Origin: Pseudomonadota bacterium
Lineage (GTDB): Bacteria > Bdellovibrionota_B > Oligoflexia > Oligoflexales > CAIMVM01
DNA length: 37,912 nucleotides
Direction of reading: 5' to 3'
Assembly (NCBI GenBank): GCA_037142195.1
Contig: JBAXBA010000032.1
Span: 1 to 37,912, forward strand
The notes below the pieces were generated by a model. It worked only from the letters and a program-made list of their open reading frames with translations, had not been told where the DNA came from and made no database searches. Positions 8,163 to 17,887 of this stretch are shown piece after piece (positions within the stretch are counted from its first letter, which is position 1; every line of letters begins with the position of its first letter). A program made the translations under genes and the position numbers.

Positions 8163-9941
8163 TTACTCTATATGGTCGGTTTGAGTCTTTTGAATGGCTT
8201 CTTCTAGAGATGTATGACCTTGAATCACTTTCCTCATTGCTGAGTCACGCAGGGTCTTCATGCCCTTCTCTAAAGCTGCCCGCTTAATGGTTTGTCCATC
8301 TTGAGTCTTCAGAATAATGTCTTTCATATCATCATCCAAAACCAACAACTCATGAACTCCAAGACGTCCCGCATATCCGCGGTGGGAACAAATCTCGCAT
8401 CCAGGCCCTTCGCGATAAATTTTACCAGAAATCAACTTATCCATGGTGACACCGAGTATTTCTAACTCTTTTTGACTGGGCTCATGCGGTTCTTTACAAG
8501 AAATACAAAGTCTTCTCACAAGTCGAGTTGCCATGACACCAAGAACCGCTGAAGAAATTTGAAAGGGTTCAATTTCAAAGTCCATGAGACGCGTCACTGC
8601 AGTTGCCGTGTCATTGGTGTGAAGGGTGGAAAATACAAGGTGACCTGTCATGGAGGATTGAACTGCGATTTGAGCGGTCTCTTTATCGCGTATTTCCCCA
8701 ATCATAATCACATCGGGATCCTGGCGAAGAATCGACCGTAGTCCCTCAGCAAAAGTAAGACCTACTTTAGGGTTGGCTTGAATCTGACTTACTCCAGCAA
8801 GTCGATATTCTACAGGGTCCTCAATCGTGAGAATATTTATGTCGGGCGTACTGACTGCCATAAGCGAGGCATAAAGTAGAGTGGACTTTCCGGACCCAGT
8901 AGGACCGGTCACTAACACAATCCCGTGTTTTTGGTTGACCAACATGTCCCATTTTTCAGAAATCTCTGCATCAATTCCCATTTCATCAAGGCGCTTCGCA
9001 CCTGCTGACTTGTCGAGAAGACGCATTACAATTCTCTCACCTTGAGATGTTGGAAGAACGGAAAGACGAACATCAATCTCTTTACCGGCAACTCGAATTG
9101 ATATTCTACCATCTTGAGGCACGCGTTTTTCAGCGATGTTTAGGGATCCAATAATCTTAATCCGGCTAGACAAGTTATTATGAAGAACTTTTTGAAGGCG
9201 CATTTCTTCTTTTAAAGACCCATCCACCCTAAACCTTACAATCACCTCAGTTTCATAAGGCTCAATGTGAATGTCTGAGGCCTTATCTTTAACAGCTTTG
9301 GCCAGCAAACCATTCACCAAACGGATAATGGGCTTTTCATCATCGCCCGCTTCTAAAAGATCTTTTGTAGGAACTTCTACGCCGGCATCCTCCATATCGA
9401 CATTAAGTTCTTGCAAGGCTTTATTAGAACTATCGCCTGCTCGTTCATAAACGCGATTGATGGTCTGATTGATTACGGCCTCAGAACTAACAACCATCAC
9501 AATATTCGTGGAAAGAATAAGGCGCAAGTCATCCAAGGGATAAATATTCAAAGGATCAGAAACGGCTACAGTTACGTTGAAATCATCCCTAGCAATCGGA
9601 ACTACCTTATTGTCTTTGCAAAAACCAATGGGAATTTGATCGACCAGTCTTGGATCAATATCATTGAACGGGAGTCGATCATAATATTGAAGATCAAGCT
9701 GGAAAGCCAAAGCCTTTAAAAGCTCTTCTTGGTTGATCACCGCCTGTTCCACTAGGATTTCACCTAACTTATGGGACGACTTAACCTTTTGTTCTTGAAG
9801 TGCCGACTGCAGCTGAGCATTGGAAACCAGCTTAGAGTCCACAAGAATGTCACCAAGATTTCTCTTTTGAATTTTGCGAACCGAAACTTGCTGAACTTGC
9901 GCCAGCTCGTCATTAGACTTCACTCTCTCTTCTTCTGCCAT
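8163..9941 (-). CDS. gspE: T2SS ATPase GspE
   Basis: ASDIHIEP, Walker A GPTGSGKST, TIEDPVE, LRQDPDVIMIGEIRD, His box GHLVFSTLH and the tetracysteine motif CISC...CEIC. Confidence 0.97.
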   Translation of the reverse strand: MAEEERVKSNDELAQVQQVSVRKIQKRNLGDILVDSKLVSNAQLQSALQEQKVKSSHKLGEILVEQAVINQEELLKALAFQLDLQYYDRLPFNDIDPRLVDQIPIGFCKDNKVVPIARDDFNVTVAVSDPLNIYPLDDLRLILSTNIVMVVSSEAVINQTINRVYERAGDSSNKALQELNVDMEDAGVEVPTKDLLEAGDDEKPIIRLVNGLLAKAVKDKASDIHIEPYETEVIVRFRVDGSLKEEMRLQKVLHNNLSSRIKIIGSLNIAEKRVPQDGRISIRVAGKEIDVRLSVLPTSQGERIVMRLLDKSAGAKRLDEMGIDAEISEKWDMLVNQKHGIVLVTGPTGSGKSTLLYASLMAVSTPDINILTIEDPVEYRLAGVSQIQANPKVGLTFAEGLRSILRQDPDVIMIGEIRDKETAQIAVQSSMTGHLVFSTLHTNDTATAVTRLMDFEIEPFQISSAVLGVMATRLVRRLCISCKEPHEPSQKELEILGVTMDKLISGKIYREGPGCEICSHRGYAGRLGVHELLVLDDDMKDIILKTQDGQTIKRAALEKGMKTLRDSAMRKVIQGHTSLEEAIQKTQTDHIE

Positions 9942-9964
9942 GGCGATAATCCCCCGGTTACAAA

Positions 9965-12498
9965 TTACAACTGTGGAGGAACCGGTGGATTCGCGGGATC
10001 CACCTCTCCAGCCGGCAAGCTTGGTTGTGGTTGAACGACCTCACCCCCGCCAGAAGTCCCTGTTCGCATCGGCACCGGTAGAGGAGAACCGTCCATTTTG
10101 CCAGCATCTCCCGCATCGGCAGATTTTCCACTTCCATTATCCAAATAACCCATATCTTCTAAAGTCTGGCGTCTTAAACTAACTGCTCTCTTTCCTTCGG
10201 CCGCATCGATCTCAGTGGGCACAAAATCTCCTGCTTGCTTACTTGGCAGACTCTTGTAGAAATCATCGGAATCATATCCCCAGCCATACATATCTTCTAG
10301 CATCGCATCGCGTTCGTTGACTTTAGCTTTATAGATGGCCGCAAGATCTTCAGGACCATGAACAATATGGGGTGTAATAAATATGGCCAAATTGCTCTTA
10401 CGATTCACTATAGAGGAATTTCTAAACAACCATCCAATGACCGGAATATCTCCAAGCAAAGGTATCTTTCTAAAGGACTGTATGTCTTTAGTTTGAACCA
10501 ATCCTGAGATCACTACGGTTTGGCCATTTTTTACGGTTACGTTTTGGCTCGTCTTACGTTTAGAAATAATGGGAAGCTTGGATTCAGGATCGGTTCCCGA
10601 TACCGCATCAGCCTGCAAATCAATCTTCATGGTCACGTAGTCGCTGTAACTAATATTGGGCTTAATGGTAAGGGAAAGATTGACCTCTTCCTTGTCCAGT
10701 TTAGAGCTTGGAATGCCGCTTGTAGGATTAGGCTCCGTCACCTTAAAGAAGTACTTCTCGCCGGCAGAAAACACCCCTTCTTCATTATTTGAGATCAAAA
10801 TATGGGGAGATGAAAGAACTTTGGTATTGGCATCTGCCTTCAGCATTTTGATGAGCCCACCTGGGGTGAAGCTTCCGAGCCCAGGCACGGTTATGCTCTT
10901 TCCAGCAAGAATCCCAATGGACATTTCTTCCGCAAAAGCACCTGCCACATCTTTGGCATTGACCAGACCTGCATTGGTTTTGTTGTCCGATGAACCCAGA
11001 ATAAGAGGGGCCATTTTAGCCGCTTCCCAACCGTAGACCTGTTTCGTGCCAGCCCCATCGGCTCTCCCAGCTCCGGTAAAGATCGAAGTCCCAAAGGAGA
11101 AGTCGTTGCCCATGGCAAGGTCAAGGATATCAGCTTCCACAAACACTTGGCTTTTCTTGACGTCAAGCTTTCGGATAATTGTGTTAAGGGCGTCATAGGC
11201 CCCACGACTGCCGGTAATCAAAAGAGAGTTGGAAGAATCGTCAGAGGTGATCTTGACTCCGCTGCCAAGATCAGCCACCGCTGCTGGAGCATTGTCCCCT
11301 CGATTCGGCATATTTAACGAGCCGCCCCCAGGCACAAAAGTCGGAATAGGCCTTGAGCTACCACCACCGCCACTAGTTCCCGTGGCGAGGGCGCTCAAAG
11401 TAGTCGCTAACTTCTTAGCATCAGCATAGTCCAAAGGACGCACATGAATGGCGGCTTGGCGGCTTTCGTCATCCACGGCAAAGTCGAATTTTTGCACAAG
11501 ATTCTTCACGTCATTAATGGTTCCGGGAGGCCCAAAGATTACCACAGAATTGGAGCGATCATCGGTTAATATTTTGTAACCACCTGCGCCAGAACGGTCG
11601 GTTCCACCTAGAATCTGATTCACCTTATCCGCAACACTTTTAGCGTCCGAATGGCGAATTGGCACGAGAGCCACTTGCGGCTGTTGAGACTGCACATCGA
11701 GCATCTGAATGATGTCCAATATGCGTCTCACTTTAAAACCGGAGTCGGAAATAATCAATGTATTGGTGGGTTCGTAGGCAATAATCGTGTTGCTCGTTAC
11801 GATGCGGGACAAGGTAGTTTGAATCTTTTTAGAATCAATATACTTAAGTGGCACGATTTGGGTTATAACTTCATCAGTAGGAGGGGTCCAGCTAGATCCC
11901 ACATAAGTTTTTAAGTTTCCTTTAAGGGCTGTTCTCACAGGAAGAATCTTGATTATCTTTCCGGTTTCCACAGTGGTTAGGCTCAACACGTTTAGCGCAG
12001 AAAGAAAGGCTTGATAAGCTTCTTCTTTTGTGACTTGCTTCGGAGAAATAATTTGAACTTTTCCCGATACGTTTCGGTCAAGAATCACGTTCTTTCCCGT
12101 CCAAAGTGACACGGCTTTCACGATATCTTTGATATCTGTAAGTTCTGGAAAATCCATATTTACGAGTTCTCGTCCAGCCTCAATGGCATCAGAGCCTTTT
12201 CCTTTGGGTGCTTTTCCTGAGGCTGTCTTTCCAGTGGATCCTGAGTTTACTGGCGGCGCATTTAAGCCTCCAGTCTCTTCTTCAGGCAAAGGAGGTGGTT
12301 CATTGGGAATGTCTTGGTTGTCTGGCGGCGGGGGAGGAGGCGCATCTTGGCCACCTTCCATCACTTCGGCCGGAGGAGGAGGGGGGGGGGAGGAGGAGGC
12401 GGAAAATCACCTTCTTGAGCCATCATCCTAAAGCTAGGAAGCAGCGTCAGGCTGAACACTGTCAACCAAATGTAGCGATGTTTCTTATCGTTCAACAT
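9965..12498 (-). CDS. gspD: Secretin GspD, with an apparent frameshift in a G10 homopolymer at 12381-12390
   Basis: Secretin motifs QVFVEADI, KVLSSPHIL, KIPLLGDIPVIGWLF and IFITPHI are in ORF 9965-12364, which lacks a signal peptide. ATG 12498 (GGGGGG RBS) encodes a signal peptide that joins this ORF if the run is G11 or G8. Confidence 0.92.
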
Positions 12499-12525
12499 GG
12501 AAATCCCCCCAAAAATTCAACCAAC

Positions 12526-13548
12526 TCATTTAATCTTAACATTTAATGTCACTGGAACTTTCCCATTCCTTAAAACGTGAACCGTAATTTCCCGCTCATC
12601 TTGCATGGCTTGATATATAGCAAAACCCTGATCGGGCTGATTCATACTGATATCGTTCACCTTCGTAATCACGTCATCATTTTGTAGACCTATTTTTGTC
12701 ATAATACTACCGGGAGCTATCGCAAAAATCTTAAATCCATTCATCTTGCCATCGGAGGGGGAAATATTGGGAACGAGTCGGGCAGCTTGCAATACTTTAG
12801 AGAACCCTTCCCCTAGCTCCTTTTCGACCCAAGAACTTTCAAGCGAGACACTTCCTCCGCTTATGGGTTGATCAATTTTGGGAGCGCTCGCAAGGGTAGC
12901 TCCTCCCGCCATGGACTTCTTTTTATTCGGATCCGGCGCCAATTCGATACATTCTTTTCTACCGTCATTATTTAGAATGATGCTCTTCCTCTCAATTGCA
13001 TAGATTGTGGCATTGGGAAAGCCCACAATCTTATCGCTCACCTTGTAAATATCTGCTTCAGAGTATCCTGTCTCTCTCAAAATCACTGATGAGCTAGAAC
13101 TCCCCATGTAGATTGTACCAACGAGTGCAACAGGAAGGGTAGTTTTCTCGCAGGCGGCATTGGGATCAAACACACCAGAATTGGATCCAGAGGAAGATAC
13201 TTCGGCCTCTTCTGGGAGCTTACCATCGAGATTAAATAGATTTCTCGCCAAAATTACGTTTCTTAATTCTGTGTGATTAACAGGTGGTGCTGAGTCCTCA
13301 ACAGCCGATATTTCACTAGGTACAATTTGCCCAATTTTCTGAGGATTCAAGAAAACACTCAAAAAAATTCCGTTTACAATGACAGCAGCTAGGTAGGCAA
13401 GCCCCAACATCAAACTAAATGTTTTGACCCCTGATTTCCACTCGGGAGAAATCTGATTAACGAAATAGACAATACCTTTCTCTCTTAGAATCGATTCTTT
13501 GCGAGAGATAAAGTCTGATATTTTTTTCGGAACCCTAATTTGATACAT
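12526..13548 (-). CDS. gspC: GspC-like protein with PDZ domain (copy 2)
   Basis: TM segment, ILARNLFN, an HR domain (LVGTIY...YKVSDKI) and a PDZ domain (GFKIFAIAPGSIMTKIGLQNDDVITKVN). Confidence 0.85.
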   Translation of the reverse strand: MYQIRVPKKISDFISRKESILREKGIVYFVNQISPEWKSGVKTFSLMLGLAYLAAVIVNGIFLSVFLNPQKIGQIVPSEISAVEDSAPPVNHTELRNVILARNLFNLDGKLPEEAEVSSSGSNSGVFDPNAACEKTTLPVALVGTIYMGSSSSSVILRETGYSEADIYKVSDKIVGFPNATIYAIERKSIILNNDGRKECIELAPDPNKKKSMAGGATLASAPKIDQPISGGSVSLESSWVEKELGEGFSKVLQAARLVPNISPSDGKMNGFKIFAIAPGSIMTKIGLQNDDVITKVNDISMNQPDQGFAIYQAMQDEREITVHVLRNGKVPVTLNVKIK

Positions 13549-14530
13549 TCAGTGCCACCGTAGATTTTTGATCCCCTCTCAAATAAGTAATTTCAATCTT
13601 TGACGCGTCCCGTAAAGATTGGAGAGTTGAAATCGCCTGAGATGCAGAAATCAATTCAATTCCATTAATTTCAGTAATGACATCTAAATCTTGAAGTCCT
13701 GCTTTTAGATATATAGAATCATCTCTAATCCTAGTTAGCTTAAATCCTTTCAACTTGCCATCCACCATATTAGGCTCAGCTTTTGCGTCCTGTAGCACTT
13801 TCGCCATATCGCTCGTCAGAGTTTTTCTCCGGTACTCCGAGGACATAACTACTGTATTTCCTTTTCTTTCAAATCCCGGCTCACTAAATACGTCTTGATT
13901 CGGCTTCACAGAAGCACTAGTTCTTTCGGAGTCTTTTGAAGCATTTCCGCGATTCCTACGGCTGGATCTCTGAAACTCAGGGTTTGCAACTTCCAAATAT
14001 TCATATCGTGAATTGTCTCTCAAAATAAATATTTTTTCTTTCAAAACGTGCGACAAAACTGCATTTTCGCCTGGCAGAATTTCGTCCCCTACCATAAATG
14101 AATTAATAACTTTCGTGTCGGAATTTTCAATCATGGCTACCCCGGATTTAGCATCTCCCCCATAAATCGTACCAATAACTGTAAGTTTGAGATCAGACTT
14201 TTGAATCTCGTTTTTTTTGTTCTCACCGCCTTTGGACTCGCCACCCATACCTTCTGCATTAAATAGATTTCGCTTTAAAATGCTATCCAAATCAGCGTCG
14301 CTAAGTACAACGGGAGTAAAAGGAGGCAATACCACCTGAGCTTGATTTTTACCCTGGGTCTCATAATTTAGTTTTGAAGTTAGAACCCAAGAAAGCGATA
14401 CATTTAAAATTGTGGCAATTATAAAAGCAGCGCTTAACAATGAAAGCACAACAACCGAATTGACCTTAATGGGGTGCTTACGACTGATCTCTCCCATTTT
14501 TTCCATATATTCTAAAAAAATGGATGTCAT
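13535..14530 (-). CDS. gspC: GspC-like protein with PDZ domain (copy 1)
   Basis: TM segment, ILKRNLFN, an HR domain (VIGTIY...FMVGDEI) and a PDZ domain (GFKLTRIRDDSIYLKAGLQDLDVITEING). Confidence 0.85.
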   Translation of the reverse strand: MTSIFLEYMEKMGEISRKHPIKVNSVVVLSLLSAAFIIATILNVSLSWVLTSKLNYETQGKNQAQVVLPPFTPVVLSDADLDSILKRNLFNAEGMGGESKGGENKKNEIQKSDLKLTVIGTIYGGDAKSGVAMIENSDTKVINSFMVGDEILPGENAVLSHVLKEKIFILRDNSRYEYLEVANPEFQRSSRRNRGNASKDSERTSASVKPNQDVFSEPGFERKGNTVVMSSEYRRKTLTSDMAKVLQDAKAEPNMVDGKLKGFKLTRIRDDSIYLKAGLQDLDVITEINGIELISASQAISTLQSLRDASKIEITYLRGDQKSTVALNVSN

Positions 14531-15177
14531 TAAGGTCTCCTAGGACGGAGGAATCCGCCTTTCTTAAGGACTGAGTGAATCAACTGAGCAGCTATGTCAG
14601 GTGGAACAAAGGTTAAGGTGAGTGCAATATTCGCTTTTTCAAGACGAGTTTTTCTTACTGCCAATTGGCTGGACAACTCTTTTTCAATCATTTCTACTTT
14701 TCGGGCGGCATCTATCCCTTGTATCGCACCGGCAATCAAGGGGCGCCCTTTAACCTGGTCTTTAGAAGCCAGCCTACGTGCCATTTCCGCAATTGTAGTA
14801 TCAAGCCAAACTACCACTCCTAAACCCTTGGCCATACCCCAAGCTTCATCGCTAGAAGCAATGCCGCCACCTGTCGCGATCACATGATTTTTTACTTGCT
14901 GCAACTCCTTCAAAGCTTTGATTTCCAATGCCCGAAAGCCTTGCTCTTTATCTACTCGAAAAATGTCTTCAATTTTTCTACCGGAGGACTTTGCAATCCA
15001 TTCATCTAGATCGATAAATCCAAAGCCAAGGCTCTTGGCTAAATGCCAGCCCGTTGAGCTTTTTCCAGAACCTGAAAGACCTACCAGCACTATATTAAAA
15101 CCTTTCGCGATGCTTTTCAGCTCGGGGCTTTGACTTGAGTCTTGGTCCTGTTGTTCTGCTTCTAAATTTTCTTGCAT
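14530..15177 (-). CDS. aroK: Shikimate kinase
   Basis: Walker A GLSGSGKSS, FIDLD, GFRALE, IATGGG and RPL motifs. Confidence 0.9.
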   Translation of the reverse strand: MQENLEAEQQDQDSSQSPELKSIAKGFNIVLVGLSGSGKSSTGWHLAKSLGFGFIDLDEWIAKSSGRKIEDIFRVDKEQGFRALEIKALKELQQVKNHVIATGGGIASSDEAWGMAKGLGVVVWLDTTIAEMARRLASKDQVKGRPLIAGAIQGIDAARKVEMIEKELSSQLAVRKTRLEKANIALTLTFVPPDIAAQLIHSVLKKGGFLRPRRP

Positions 15178-15366
15178 CGCCGCCCTAACCCAAACAAAAT
15201 TCTCATGATTTCAATTTCTAGTTTAACAGTTATCCCGCCAAGTGGATAATAATAGCCACAAAAATAATGCTTCTGATTGGCAATTTAGCAAAAACCTCTA
15301 TATTCTTCTTTTACTCTAATGTAGGTAAGATCGTTTTAAGCCATATGGATAGGGGAAAAAAGTCAC

Positions 15367-16140
15367 ATGTATACCTACCTGGAAGTGTCGGACTCGAATC
15401 GGGTTACCTGTATAAATATTAGCCGAAGAGAACGTCTCAATAGCCTTGGCATCTCCCTAGGCAAAGAGCTTTTGAGTTGCCTAACCAGTATCAAAAACCG
15501 CACTGATGCTTATCTTTCAAGAACAGACACTACCGACACTCCGCGAATGCTCGTCCTCTCAGCTACCCCGGAAAAATCTATCTGGATAGCCGGTGGAGAC
15601 TTAAAGGAACTTTCCACTCTCAATCCCATAGAAGTTCATGAGTACATCATGCTCTGGTCTGAAATATGTCTTCTTTTGCGAAAGCTCCCCATTCCCACGA
15701 TCGCGGTGGTCACCGGAGCTTGCTTGGGAGGCGGCGCAGAACTCGCCATGAGCTGTGATCTTCGCATGATGACAGATGATGCTTATTTTTCTTTTAAGCA
15801 AGTTCAAATTGGGCTTTCTTTAGGCTACGGGACGACCGCACTTATGACAAGGTTACTTGGTGAGGCGAGAGCTCGGTCTATTTTACTTCAGGCGAAAACG
15901 ATATCTTCTAAGGAAGCTGAAACCCTAGGCCTTGTCGAAAAAGTCTCGACAAAAGAAACTTTGGATCGAGACAGACATGAGCTCATTCAAAACCTCTTAG
16001 CCCTTTCCCCACATGGTATTGCTACCCAGAAGAAGAATTTTGAGCTTTTACCTCAGGAATCAGAAACCCTTCATTTCTTGTCCAATTGGGGCAATCCCGA
16101 TCACCGGAAATTTCTTAACGACTTTAAAGCCAAGCCATGA
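15367..16140 (+). CDS. Enoyl-CoA hydratase/isomerase (crotonase) family protein
   Basis: AGGDL oxyanion motif, GACLGGGAELAMSCDLR and EAETLGLV. AGGGG RBS upstream. Confidence 0.9.
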   Translation: MYTYLEVSDSNRVTCINISRRERLNSLGISLGKELLSCLTSIKNRTDAYLSRTDTTDTPRMLVLSATPEKSIWIAGGDLKELSTLNPIEVHEYIMLWSEICLLLRKLPIPTIAVVTGACLGGGAELAMSCDLRMMTDDAYFSFKQVQIGLSLGYGTTALMTRLLGEARARSILLQAKTISSKEAETLGLVEKVSTKETLDRDRHELIQNLLALSPHGIATQKKNFELLPQESETLHFLSNWGNPDHRKFLNDFKAKP

Positions 16141-16895
16141 AGATATGCGTTACAAACCACTTCGAAACAAATTTGGAGGCACAAGCCTATTTCGCTTGTT
16201 TGAACGTGAATCGTCCCTTGATTGTTCCAGACTCTAACGAGCCCCCTCCTGTATGTGTCATCGTTCCTGAAGACCAGCACAAAGTGTGCATTAGTACCTC
16301 CTTTCTATTTTCTGGATTGTCGTCATTTGAAGTTGTTTCTTCAAGTTCTAGGACTTTAATTTATGATCTCACTCAAGCTTTTTTAACCTCAAAGACGACA
16401 CTCGTGTTTGTCACTCTCAGATTTGAAAGCCAACCCTGCGCAATATGGGTCTTCGCCCAAGGTGTTCTTAAAGCTGCAATTCCTTTTGCAACAAAGGCTT
16501 CCGTTCTAATTAGCAAATCGTCATACATTCCTTCAGTCACACCAGAAGCTTTGGCGCTAGATTTTCTCTCAGATTATCTCAATTACCTGAGAAGAGAGAA
16601 ATCTATTTTTGTTCTTGAAGAACTCAAAGAAGAGGCTGTGATCATGGCTGCAACTATAAGGCACATGACGGGGTCTCAACTTATTTACGGCAAAGCTCAT
16701 GCTTATGCGCAAAAGAAGGTATTGAAGACTTTTGATTTTCTTACCCATGATCTTCCAGGCGGCACACCTATCGATTTAGGAGCTCTTTACACAAAACTCG
16801 CACCTATACTCGATCACATGATGGAATCACAAATACTACCTGCAAAACTTTCTCAACAAATTAAACTTTGGAAAAAGGGTTCTCTATGGGAGTAA
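16137..16895 (+). CDS. Hypothetical protein
   Basis: 252-aa ORF with an ATGA overlap to the upstream gene and directly abutting the downstream gene. No family recognised. Confidence 0.7.
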   Translation: MKICVTNHFETNLEAQAYFACLNVNRPLIVPDSNEPPPVCVIVPEDQHKVCISTSFLFSGLSSFEVVSSSSRTLIYDLTQAFLTSKTTLVFVTLRFESQPCAIWVFAQGVLKAAIPFATKASVLISKSSYIPSVTPEALALDFLSDYLNYLRREKSIFVLEELKEEAVIMAATIRHMTGSQLIYGKAHAYAQKKVLKTFDFLTHDLPGGTPIDLGALYTKLAPILDHMMESQILPAKLSQQIKLWKKGSLWE

Positions 16896-17831
16896 ATGAG
16901 CCTGAATTTTCTAGCGAATAGATTTCCGGGACTCATTGTACATCCCCAAAAAGATATTGCAAGCTTCTGGGTCCAGTATGCGGCCTATTGCAATACCACA
17001 ATTGAGATCAGCAGCGTCCTCGTGTACGCCGCTAAATTCAATATTATGCAAATTCTTGGCGAAATTAAGTCGAAGATGGCATCAGGAGAAGCGGCGCTTA
17101 AACTTATTGACCCCAAAAATTCCTATACGCTGGTTCAGCGGATGGACAACATGATAAAGAACATTGAGAGCAGCTTTGATACCCTTGCCCAAAAGGTGCA
17201 GACACAACATGATGCAAGTCTAAAAACCTATGCTGACCTCACCGCTCGATCGACGACCTCTGACATCGATGGCCCAGGCTTCACGGCAGCGATGGCTGCC
17301 TATGCCACTACCATTACCGAGATGGTTCATGTCGCAGCCGGCTGCGAGGATTGCGGAAGCGCCATAGGTGAGCAACTTGGGTCTCTTCGAGCGACACAAG
17401 TGCTTAAAAACGGCATGTCAACATTTACAAATCCATCTCCAGAAATGCTCACCGCGATCCGCGAGGCTTTCGCAATTATGGACATCATGTCTGAAGATGA
17501 CTGGACGGCAACACGCGTCATCATCATGGACGAGATTGAGCACATTGAAGGCCTCATCGGACGCTGTATCGTAACTCTGCAGGGGTTTGACATGATGCGT
17601 CAGATACTGGAGCACCGCATTCAAGAGATGATGTTAGTAACTGAGCTCTTCAATGCCCACGGTGCTGATTCCCTCTTAGATCCAGACGTGAAAGAGCAAG
17701 TTCTTGGGAAAATCGGCGCCCATATGGTGACCGAACAAGAGAAGGTTGCGTTTGAGTTCTATCTTCCGGAAGGATTTGCCCGATTTGCGCAAACCGACCG
17801 TAAAGAACCAGGTGACGTACTGTTGTTCTAA
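16896..17831 (+). CDS. Hypothetical helical protein with CheZ-like DxxxQ motif and C-terminal GDVLLF
   Basis: 311-aa ORF with GGGAG RBS. Contains LQGFDMMRQILEH, HMVTEQEK and the terminal PGDVLLF. Function is inferred. Confidence 0.6.
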   Translation: MSLNFLANRFPGLIVHPQKDIASFWVQYAAYCNTTIEISSVLVYAAKFNIMQILGEIKSKMASGEAALKLIDPKNSYTLVQRMDNMIKNIESSFDTLAQKVQTQHDASLKTYADLTARSTTSDIDGPGFTAAMAAYATTITEMVHVAAGCEDCGSAIGEQLGSLRATQVLKNGMSTFTNPSPEMLTAIREAFAIMDIMSEDDWTATRVIIMDEIEHIEGLIGRCIVTLQGFDMMRQILEHRIQEMMLVTELFNAHGADSLLDPDVKEQVLGKIGAHMVTEQEKVAFEFYLPEGFARFAQTDRKEPGDVLLF

Positions 17832-17887
17832 TTAGGAATTCTCAGCGCCATAGAATCACATTACGATCGACTCAAGATACCTACAAA

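Noticed and set aside
1080..9941. Reading the cluster as a type IV pilus locus because of the PilM-like gene
   Set aside because: The GspG, GspK, GspC, GspD and GspN signatures and the C-to-N gene order indicate T2SS; no PilT or PilA-type gene is present.
1383..14887. Many short plus-strand ORFs opposite the gsp genes (e.g. 3642-3971, 10656-11036, 12129-12431)
   Set aside because: Antisense shadows of well-supported genes, with no recognisable motifs.
15241..15249. DnaA-box-like TTATCCACT on the minus strand
   Set aside because: A single 8/9 match with no cluster of boxes; expected by chance.
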